Positions 46,301 through 53,778 of a DNA stretch of 53,778 bases are shown here, piece after piece. This stretch comes from a virus (lineage: Duplodnaviria > Caudoviricetes), in the IMG/VR virus record IMGVR_UViG_3300017779_003527, positions 1-53,778 of that record. One strand, written 5' to 3'. The position numbers and the translations under genes were made by a program. The notes under the pieces are model-generated. The model saw only the letters and a program-made list of their open reading frames with translations, made no database searches and was not told the origin of the DNA. Position 1 is the first letter of the stretch, and each line of letters begins with the position of its first letter.

Positions 46301-46800
46301 TTAATGATACAGGCTCTCTTACTGGAGCAACATCTGGTGCAGGTGGAACGGTAGATAGTTTATATCAAGATGCTAATACAAAACCAATTGGAGACAATGC
46401 AATAGTTAATGCAGATGCAAAAGCTGCTAATGGTATTGTAACTGCTTTGGAGATTACAGATAGTGGATTTGGTTATCAACACAATTCAAATTTAACATTA
46501 AGATCATCAGGAAATTCTAATATTGTTGTCAGTGGTTTAGCTAATGTATCGACTACTGGTGTGGGTCCTGGCTTTTGGGCATCACAGGAGTCTCAATTGA
46601 ATACTAAATACATACACGACAACGATTTTTATCAATCTCACTCATATGTTATTGAAACAGGGTTGTCTTTAAATAAATATAGAGATATACTACTTAAGAC
46701 CGCACACATAGCGGGAACAAGATTATTTGGTAGAGTAGTAAAAGAAAGTTCAGTAAACAATGCTGTAACGGTAAGTAATAGCTCAATAGGAGCGGTATAG
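43303..46800 (+). CDS. gp7: baseplate wedge gp7-like protein with large insertions
   Basis: QFP.FY...F..F..AYYEFLE, IKNI.DFYRAKGSE.SI.LLFRIIF, C-terminal IHDNDFYQ.HSYVI...H.AGT..FG; between gp6 and gp8. Confidence 0.8.
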   Translation: MPAEINDKISLFVKDQFPAFYAEDGNMFRLFVEAYYEFLEQSGQSLDYSRNLIEYQDIDNTTAEFLDQFKKLYLNQLPGLIKADDRLTIKNIMDFYRAKGSERSIQLLFRIIFDEEALVENPGDDVLKPSTSDFRLPRYVEVYAPDEDNLIGLQGKEIIGATSGAKAFVESISTKMANGVTTSVIQLSNLKGNFLRGEIIASSSDGIQDNMPVVTGSLSSINVTLGGQDFNVGDSFDVIADVGKSGKARVTAIDAATGLVDFQLANGGFGFTTNTSFTSIDVNDQNISVNNVINAAQTYSNTSKIDNAQYTRFETVDQKVEKITFLSGAQMVSDINTMIADGGQPYIVGSKDANVTHINTVVANGYIIDTAIDGANGTLTIAPFSGSFGNQLALAANLSVNTHIFQAGEEIEEENLVSLGISGTAGSFSAGDVVKGDDSAANGVVVTVNSSVMTINGSFGTWTSNDNVQDVTSGIANTANVTSVSVTNTGANAILGSFTNTNAKQYTLNIHEIAGQFNTTKKIKGKRTNSIAILNGAPADTGASDIFMQANLASRAVVDTYANVSVSGQVIGSNTTNIGFKNTKWANGNSAAVKFYANAAAFIVGRDSNTYANVITVGTGSGAGFKIGGLENQETITIYTDFIGENNVSNVSYLDCVIGGQDATATGANSGTGFLDTVTIRTAGSGYANGEVITFATGGPGDGPPTTNATANVTTNGSGAIISTQVITAGAGFFNQNVIGTVATSGGSSGVLTANIDFGYGFPKDPNGDIDTILDNVLTRFSGNVGTITSIADINPGNNYNFDPFLSVYTGGIAKFDRRDIVVNLTGMNSGSGGLIKDFTIGEVVNQTVTNAGQTLTLNAVTVQNTSTSSNTTTGGTTNFPLGASVVQSKNSTVSAIGTIFSSDSTKINIINGNIKTTFANGLVTILTNNQPFTSNSTINAVSIASPNTANNETNVFSTISSTGVTSSSAVAKGQVYKFNNNQDGTGDVGLRRLSFSVGFNDTGSLTGATSGAGGTVDSLYQDANTKPIGDNAIVNADAKAANGIVTALEITDSGFGYQHNSNLTLRSSGNSNIVVSGLANVSTTGVGPGFWASQESQLNTKYIHDNDFYQSHSYVIETGLSLNKYRDILLKTAHIAGTRLFGRVVKESSVNNAVTVSNSSIGAV

Positions 46801-46803
46801 TAA

Positions 46804-48957
46804 ATGGGTAAGTTAGTAAAATCAAATCTTAATACACACAATGCAAAACAATTTGTAGAGTCTATTACTGAAGCAGCAAATTCAATTTACTATATGTATG
46901 TTGGAAAGCATACTGGATTCCCAGACGACAATAATCCACCAACTGCTAATAACTCAGACGAAAGCTCTTTCTACGAACAATATAGAAATATGATTTATGG
47001 TAAGCATATTACTGATAGTGATATTAAGCATATGGTAAACAAAAATGCTTGGACAACCGGAACCGTATATACACAGTATGACAATAACAATGGATCATTA
47101 CAAACTTCTCCTTTCTTTGCATCAGTAGAAGAAGCAAATGGAAACTTTAGTGTATTCAAATGCCTTTATAATAATAAAGATTCTGCATCAACTGATTCAC
47201 CAACTAAAACAGAAACTGCCGCTAATGATGATATCTATATTACTACTGCTGACAAATATCAGTGGAAGTATATGTATGAGCTAACTGCTGCAGAACATAC
47301 TAAGTTTAGTACAACTGATAAAATACCTTTAGTGATTGATACAGCGGTTACCAGTAATGCTGTAGCAGGAGCTATTGATGTAGTCAATGTTAATAGCGGT
47401 GGCTCAAGATATAACTCTGTTGCAAACGGAGTAGTTAAAGATGCTGCAGTAGGCGGAAATAATTTAATTATAGAATTAGAATCATTAGTAAGTGCTAACG
47501 TCACTATAGATCAAACAGATGCAAACACAAGTGGAACATTTGCTGTAGAACGAGTAGACTTATTTGATAAGACAAGCAACATAACAGCTAACACAGCTAA
47601 CAACGTTGCAAATGGTATTATTGTTTCAGCTAATAGTACTGTAATTAAAGTTGTAGACATTGCAGGAAACTTCTTTGGTCAGACTGGAAATGTAGTAGTT
47701 AAAGGTCAAACATCAGGAGCTACAGCTTTAATATCAAGCGTTGCATCAGACACATCAACGCTATCATCGAACACAGATTTTTATAAGGGAAGTACTTTTT
47801 ATATCTCTAGTGGAGCAGGAGCAGGACAAGCTAAAACTATTAGTGAGTATATTGTTACAGGTTCAGCTAGAAGAGTATTAATAACCAATGCATTTGCAAC
47901 AAGCATAGACACAACATCATTATTTGAAATAACACCTAGAGTAGTTATAGCAGGTGATGGTTCTGGTGCAGAAGGTAGAGCATTAATTAATACAGCAAAC
48001 TTTTCAGTAGATACAATTCAAATGACCAATAGAGGGTCAGGATATACATTCGCAAGTGCTCAGGTATTGGGAAACACTGGTATAGTAGAAAATGGAACAA
48101 CAGCTCAAGCTAATAACGCAAACGTCGTACCAATTATAGGTCCTAAAGGTGGCCATGGTTCAGATGTTATTAATGAGCTTTATGCAGATACAGTTGGGGT
48201 ATCGGTAGACTTTGCAAACAGTGAAAACGGAACAATACCGGCACAGAATGATTTTAGAACAGTAGGCATATTAAAAGATCCTCTGTATAGTAATGTTGTA
48301 TTAACAATTGCAGACACTACACTTAACACTGATGGTACTACTGGATCCGGTACTTCTTTTACAGCAGGTAGTGTCGTTACTCAGGGATCTAATGATACTC
48401 ATGGTAGTGCAACTGGAGTGATAGCAGCGAGAGCAGCTGGTACAATTAACCTAACAAACGTGTATGGTCAATTTGTATCATCCGGAGGTGCAGCTGGAAT
48501 GAGGATAGTTAATAATGCAAATGTGTTAGCTAATACGGTTACCGCTAATGTAACAGCTATAAAGACTTCTGATAAAACAAACTCAAACTTTACAACATTT
48601 GACCAAAGATTAAGGCTAACTGGCTTTGCAAATGCATCACAAGTAGCTTTTTCCACGGATGAGACAATTAAACAGGACTCTACTGACGCCAATGGTGCTA
48701 TACACTTTATAAATACTTCTAGTGGATCGGTCATGAGTATTACTAATAAGAAAGGAAACTTCTTAGCATCTGATACTGTTTCTGGCACATACTATTATGT
48801 AAGAGGCCAAACTAGTGGTGGTGTAGGATACTTCACAGACACAGCGGGACCAGACATTGTACCTAACTCAGGTGAAGTTATGTACGTAGAAAACATCTCT
48901 CCTATCACAAGAAGTGATAGTCAAACTGAGAGAGTAAAAGTAATGATTAAATTTTAG
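46804..48957 (+). CDS. gp8: baseplate wedge gp8-like protein
   Basis: WT.GTVY.QYD, VFKCLYNN, D.YQWKYMY, P.GGHGSD, NDFR.VGIL.DP, SGEVMYVEN..PITR...QTE.VK...F. Confidence 0.88.
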   Translation: MGKLVKSNLNTHNAKQFVESITEAANSIYYMYVGKHTGFPDDNNPPTANNSDESSFYEQYRNMIYGKHITDSDIKHMVNKNAWTTGTVYTQYDNNNGSLQTSPFFASVEEANGNFSVFKCLYNNKDSASTDSPTKTETAANDDIYITTADKYQWKYMYELTAAEHTKFSTTDKIPLVIDTAVTSNAVAGAIDVVNVNSGGSRYNSVANGVVKDAAVGGNNLIIELESLVSANVTIDQTDANTSGTFAVERVDLFDKTSNITANTANNVANGIIVSANSTVIKVVDIAGNFFGQTGNVVVKGQTSGATALISSVASDTSTLSSNTDFYKGSTFYISSGAGAGQAKTISEYIVTGSARRVLITNAFATSIDTTSLFEITPRVVIAGDGSGAEGRALINTANFSVDTIQMTNRGSGYTFASAQVLGNTGIVENGTTAQANNANVVPIIGPKGGHGSDVINELYADTVGVSVDFANSENGTIPAQNDFRTVGILKDPLYSNVVLTIADTTLNTDGTTGSGTSFTAGSVVTQGSNDTHGSATGVIAARAAGTINLTNVYGQFVSSGGAAGMRIVNNANVLANTVTANVTAIKTSDKTNSNFTTFDQRLRLTGFANASQVAFSTDETIKQDSTDANGAIHFINTSSGSVMSITNKKGNFLASDTVSGTYYYVRGQTSGGVGYFTDTAGPDIVPNSGEVMYVENISPITRSDSQTERVKVMIKF

Positions 48958-48967
48958 AGATTAAGAA

Positions 48968-51900
48968 ATGGGAATAGAAACAGATCTAAATGTAAGTCCT
49001 TATTATGATGACTTCGACGAAACGAAGAATTATCATAAGGTATTATTTAAACCAGCAGTAGCTCTACAAGCTAGGGAATTAACTCAGCTGCAGACTATTC
49101 TACAAAACCAAGTTGAAAGATTTGGCCAACATGTATTTAAAGAAGGATCAATAGTAAAAGGATGTACATTTAATTTCAATTCTTCTATTGACTATTTAAA
49201 AATATTAGATAAAACTATTGCAGGAACAGATGTAAATGTTGCATTAATTTCTGAAGGAGATTACTTAAGAGGTCAAACTGCTAACTTAGTCTCTCGTGTT
49301 GTTGATAGAGCAAGTGGATTAGAAACACAGAACCCAGATCTAAATACATTATTTTTTAATTACATTAGTTCAGATAATGCAGTAACAAAATATTCTAATG
49401 GTGAGATAATAGAAGTATATCCAGCAGCCACGGGACTTGCTAATATACAAGTTACTAACAATGGAACCAATGGATATTCAAACTCAGATACAGTTACAAT
49501 TACATCCAGCAATGGTGGAAATGCTACAGCTAATGTTATAACAAACAACATTGGAGCAGTTACATCAATTAACGTGACTGCAAATGGTACAGGATTTACT
49601 GCTGACGATTATCCTACAGCTACTATTACATCAGCTAATGCTAGTGCTAATGGAGCAACATTAAGAGTTAATCTTCAAGAGACAATGAGAATAACTGCAG
49701 CCAACTCGAGTTTCTTTGATGCAGGTGGAAACACACAATTTAATATAACCGGTAAGTCATACCAGATGTCTGTCGGTGATGGAGTAATATTCCAAAAAGG
49801 AATATTCCAAAGATTTGCAGAACAATCAATTATAGTATCTAAGTACACTAATAAGCCTCATGAATTGGCTGTAGGTGCAGAGACATTAGAAAGCACCGTT
49901 AATAACAGCGTTGATACTTCTCTATTAGACAATGCAGCAGGATTTAATAATGAAAATGCTCCTGGTGCTGATAGATTAAAACTAGAACCAACATTAGTTG
50001 TCAATACTGTATCTAATGCAACATCATCAAACAACTTTTTAAAATTAGTAGAATTTAATTTTGGTACTGTTATTGGTAAATCACAAGGCGCTCAATTAAA
50101 TAGTCTTGGCGATCAAATGGCCAGAAGAACCTATGAAGAAAGTGGGGACTATGTTGTAGAGCCGTTTGGTTTAACCACAGAAGAAAGAGTAGGTGATGCT
50201 AATAATATAACTGTAATGGTTGGAGCTGGTACAGGTTACGTTCAAGGAAAAAGATTTGAATTGTCTGGAGCTACTAGAATGAAGCTACCTAGAGCAAGAA
50301 CAACACAAACAGCAACATCACAATCAGTATCAATTAACTACGGTTCATATATTGAAGTTGATGAGTTAGTTGGAGAATTTGGTGAAGTAAACAATGACCT
50401 AGTCTTAATAATGGACAAGGCTTTTGATGCTATTAGTGGCACGACAAATGGAGCCAATAGTTCATTATCAGCAGCAAGTAATACAGCCGTGACTTATGAT
50501 GGCGTAACAAGTAGTGTTGTTGGTACAGCAAGAGTCAGATCCCTAGAACAACAAGGTGATCTTCCAGGTGGATCCAATAACAAATATAAATTATATCTTT
50601 ATGACATTAAAATGTCAACAGGTTTTTCATTCAATAAACATGCTAAATCAATTTGGCATTATAAAGGTGGTAGTGAATATACAGTAGCTGGTTATCAAAC
50701 AAATATTGCAGTATCAGGTGTAGCAGATATAGTTTTAGATGGTAACAGCCTAGCAGAAATTAAAGACGCATCATTTAATAAATTAGTATTTCCAATAGGA
50801 CAAAAAGGTGTATCTGCCGTTAATGCAAATGGTAATTATACATTTAGAAGAAAGCAAACATTAAGTTTTAGTACTGGTGGAACAGGATTTGTTGATCTTA
50901 GTGATGCTAACCAGACATTTGGTTATGGTAGTACGGGCGATCTAAATGAGACACAAGAAAAAGAATTAATACTTATTCCTCAAGAAGATGGAACAGGGTC
51001 AGCTGCAGAATCTACTAATGCTGATGTCAACGGAACAAGTACTCCAGTAGTTACAAGTTGCTCTACGACTAATCTAAGAGTCGGAGATCATGTTAAGATT
51101 GATACTAAAATTAGACAAATTACAGGCATCAACAGTGCCACATCATTTACAGTTAATCAAAACGTAGGTGTAGATCATAATTCAAATGGAACAGTTACTA
51201 GATTCTTCCCTAAGCATTATCCTTTATCGTTACATAATAGATCGGATGCAAAAGGCACAGTTAGTAATAGTGGTCAGAGATTAACTATTAACATAGACAG
51301 AGCATTAACGGCTCAGATGAATTGTTCTGTAACACATAATGTAGTAGATACAGCAGAAGCAGGTAAAACAAAATCTTTAAGCACTACAGAGATGTCTATA
51401 CTAACAGTAAACAATGCAGGGTTATATACTGGACCTTGGACATTAGGTGTTCCAGATGCATTAAGTTTAGTAGAAGTTTGTGTATCTAATTCAGGATCTA
51501 ACACTGTTGCAAACTCAACAGTATACAATACAGCTACAGGTTATGGTACTAATGTCACTGAGAACTTTGAAATTGTTACTGGACAGAAAGATGGTTTCTA
51601 TGGTTTATCTACATTAAAAATAAAACCAGATTCTGGATATTCATTATCTGCTGGTATGAACTTAGCAGTTAAATTTAAGCACTTTACAGAAAGTGGATCA
51701 GGATTCTTTAGTTACCAATCATATAATACTATGATATCTGGTGAAGATATTACTATTCAAGAGATTCCCGTATTTGCATCACCACAAGATGGAACAGAAA
51801 TTTCATTAAGAGATTCAATTGACTTTAGACCTCAAGTAGCTACAACAGCTAATGTAGGTGCAACATTTGCAGCTGGTGGTACTAACCATACATTAAACCC

Positions 51901-53778
51901 AGCAGCAACAGAAACATTTTCTAACGCAAGTTTGTTATCAACACCAAATAAAACATGGTCATCAAATGTAACATATTATCTACCTAGAAAAGACAGACTA
52001 GTAATAGAAAGCGGTGGTATAAGAGTAGTTCAAGGACAGCCTAGTGTTAATCCTCAACTTCCAGATATCCCACCTCAAGCAATGCAGCTAGGGACAATGG
52101 ATATTCCAGTGTTCCCAACTTTAAGTACACAAGGTGGCAAGTTTTACAAGAGACCAGATTTAGCAGTTAAGATAAGAGCTACTCAGTTAAAAAGATATAC
52201 AATGGGTGATATTAGAAAAATTGACGATAGAGTTAATAATCTCGAATATTATTCATCACTAAATTTATTAGAAACTAATACTAAAGACTCAGTATTGCCA
52301 GGTAAAACAAACGCAGCACTTAATAGATTTAAGAATGGATTTATTGTTGATAACTTTGCATCTCTAACTAATGGTAATATTCTTAATAATGAACACAAAG
52401 CAGGTATTGACGAAGCAAGAAAACTTCTAACATCAAAGTTTGAAAAGTATCACGTAGAATTAAAATACGAAAGTGGTGCTAATATTACTCAACACGGTGA
52501 TCATATAACACCAAGATATGAACAAAATTTATTAATACAACAAAATAAAGCTAGTGGAACAAGAAGATGTACTTCGCAATATTGGAAGTATAATGGAGCT
52601 GTAAAATTATTCCCAGATTACATATCAAGAGTAGATGAGACAATAGTACCAGAACAAGCAATGCAAATAGATGTAGACGTAGCGTCTGGAACATTAGCGT
52701 TATTAGATTCATTGAATAAAGCAATGCCATCTCAATTTACTTCTGATGAAGTTATTAGTGAGGAAGCTGATACCAGATTAACTTCTACCACAGAAACAGA
52801 TACAACAAGAACAGATACTTTTGAAACAATAGTAACTCAAAATGTTAGAAGAACAACAAGTACGGTATCTGGTTCAACAGCAACAACTAAAAAGAAAGTT
52901 GGTGAATTTATGACCAGCTTAGCATTCCAACCTTATATTCCTGGAACGTTAATTAGATTTGTCGCGACAGGATTAAGACCAGGTCTTAGACATTATATAT
53001 TCTTTGATGAAGTAAATGTAAACGAGCACGTAACGCCAAGTGAATTACGTAATTACTCTACCAGCGAAAAAGCATTGTCTACACTTTCTACTTCCAATGC
53101 AAAAGAAAGAATAATTAGAGAAAAAAGTTCAGGATCAGCATTAACTGCTAACTCTATGGGATCAATTGCAGGTGTACTAAGTATCCCTTCTAATACATTC
53201 TTTGCAGGCGAAAGAAAATTTGTAATTACAGATGTAGATAACTTAGCTCAAATTAAAGATTCTGTTTCTGCTGCAACTGCTAGATTTAATTGTTACAACT
53301 TCTCTGTTAATACATCAGAAATACATCAGACAACAAGATCACCAATACTAAGTTCAAGCCAATCTGGTGATGTGTTGAGAATAAGAAAGGATCCAACTAC
53401 ATCGCAAGTAGTAACTACGCTACCGCCACCACCACAAACTAATACAGTTGCTAATACTGTACCTGATATTGGCATATTTGACTTTAATGGTGATATAATA
53501 GTTTTACCTAATACAGCCATTGTAAATGCAGCTGCCAATACATTTGTACCAGCACGACCAATAATTGATGGAGATCTATGTATTGATATTGGTATTCCTA
53601 GATTTGATATGGGGTTCCGAAGTTTTTCAGAACCTCCTTTAATGGGGTTAGATTTCAATGATTGTGACGACGACGATCCATTATGTCAAACTTTTATGCT
53701 AAACGATGGTATGTTTGGTGGATCACCAACAGGCTTCTTATCATCTATAGATTTATATTTTGCAGAAAAAGATCCTAA
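48968..53778 (+). CDS. large virion structural protein (DUF4815/VrlC-like), 3'-truncated; absent from ORF track
   Basis: Starts MGIETDLNVSPYYDDFDETKNYHKVLFKP...QARELTQLQTILQNQ.ERFG..FKEGS; later NAPGADRL, RRTYEESGDY, RFKNGF.VDNF. Still in frame at the window end (...IDLYFAEKDP). Confidence 0.88.
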   Translation, partial: MGIETDLNVSPYYDDFDETKNYHKVLFKPAVALQARELTQLQTILQNQVERFGQHVFKEGSIVKGCTFNFNSSIDYLKILDKTIAGTDVNVALISEGDYLRGQTANLVSRVVDRASGLETQNPDLNTLFFNYISSDNAVTKYSNGEIIEVYPAATGLANIQVTNNGTNGYSNSDTVTITSSNGGNATANVITNNIGAVTSINVTANGTGFTADDYPTATITSANASANGATLRVNLQETMRITAANSSFFDAGGNTQFNITGKSYQMSVGDGVIFQKGIFQRFAEQSIIVSKYTNKPHELAVGAETLESTVNNSVDTSLLDNAAGFNNENAPGADRLKLEPTLVVNTVSNATSSNNFLKLVEFNFGTVIGKSQGAQLNSLGDQMARRTYEESGDYVVEPFGLTTEERVGDANNITVMVGAGTGYVQGKRFELSGATRMKLPRARTTQTATSQSVSINYGSYIEVDELVGEFGEVNNDLVLIMDKAFDAISGTTNGANSSLSAASNTAVTYDGVTSSVVGTARVRSLEQQGDLPGGSNNKYKLYLYDIKMSTGFSFNKHAKSIWHYKGGSEYTVAGYQTNIAVSGVADIVLDGNSLAEIKDASFNKLVFPIGQKGVSAVNANGNYTFRRKQTLSFSTGGTGFVDLSDANQTFGYGSTGDLNETQEKELILIPQEDGTGSAAESTNADVNGTSTPVVTSCSTTNLRVGDHVKIDTKIRQITGINSATSFTVNQNVGVDHNSNGTVTRFFPKHYPLSLHNRSDAKGTVSNSGQRLTINIDRALTAQMNCSVTHNVVDTAEAGKTKSLSTTEMSILTVNNAGLYTGPWTLGVPDALSLVEVCVSNSGSNTVANSTVYNTATGYGTNVTENFEIVTGQKDGFYGLSTLKIKPDSGYSLSAGMNLAVKFKHFTESGSGFFSYQSYNTMISGEDITIQEIPVFASPQDGTEISLRDSIDFRPQVATTANVGATFAAGGTNHTLNPAATETFSNASLLSTPNKTWSSNVTYYLPRKDRLVIESGGIRVVQGQPSVNPQLPDIPPQAMQLGTMDIPVFPTLSTQGGKFYKRPDLAVKIRATQLKRYTMGDIRKIDDRVNNLEYYSSLNLLETNTKDSVLPGKTNAALNRFKNGFIVDNFASLTNGNILNNEHKAGIDEARKLLTSKFEKYHVELKYESGANITQHGDHITPRYEQNLLIQQNKASGTRRCTSQYWKYNGAVKLFPDYISRVDETIVPEQAMQIDVDVASGTLALLDSLNKAMPSQFTSDEVISEEADTRLTSTTETDTTRTDTFETIVTQNVRRTTSTVSGSTATTKKKVGEFMTSLAFQPYIPGTLIRFVATGLRPGLRHYIFFDEVNVNEHVTPSELRNYSTSEKALSTLSTSNAKERIIREKSSGSALTANSMGSIAGVLSIPSNTFFAGERKFVITDVDNLAQIKDSVSAATARFNCYNFSVNTSEIHQTTRSPILSSSQSGDVLRIRKDPTTSQVVTTLPPPPQTNTVANTVPDIGIFDFNGDIIVLPNTAIVNAAANTFVPARPIIDGDLCIDIGIPRFDMGFRSFSEPPLMGLDFNDCDDDDPLCQTFMLNDGMFGGSPTGFLSSIDLYFAEKDP

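Noticed and set aside
46804-48957. N-x-S/T sequon enrichment in gp8
   Set aside because: About 17 by hand count, close to what the high Asn/Ser/Thr content predicts; only the Ala-Asn bias stood out

Overview
This AT-rich window is part of a T4-like myophage genome, probably marine and infecting a proteobacterium (host is inference). The right half is T4-like core. It holds replication/transcription genes (rnh, gp33, gp59, gp32, exonuclease, GroES) and a tail/baseplate module (tape measure, gp51/gp26, gp54-like, gp2, gp4, gp48, gp53, gp27-like, gp5, gp25, gp6, gp7, gp8), ending in a large truncated DUF4815/VrlC-like virion protein. The left half is accessory: denV, five tiny membrane ORFs behind a Fur-box-like operator, Fe-S/redox genes (iscU, iscA, glutaredoxin, peroxiredoxin, flavodoxin, Coq4-like), five glycosyltransferases, oxygenases and a lone QueC-like gene. 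The most striking element is a tightly packed operon at 3311-11602 behind a T4 late promoter. It combines a curli-type secretion pore (CsgF, CsgG), two curlin-like repeat proteins, a secreted FecR-domain protein, an acyl carrier protein, a tubulin-tyrosine-ligase-like ATP-grasp enzyme and a CHASE2 adenylate cyclase whose catalytic region is overprinted by a signal-peptide-bearing gene. I read it as a candidate phage-encoded curli-pore-to-cAMP trans-envelope signalling system. Other signals are a probable -1 frameshift at gp26/gp51, a structured RNA candidate at about 25460-25565, an in-frame TAG in a glycosyltransferase, and Ala-Asn enrichment in baseplate proteins. All calls come from motif recognition by eye; no searches were run.
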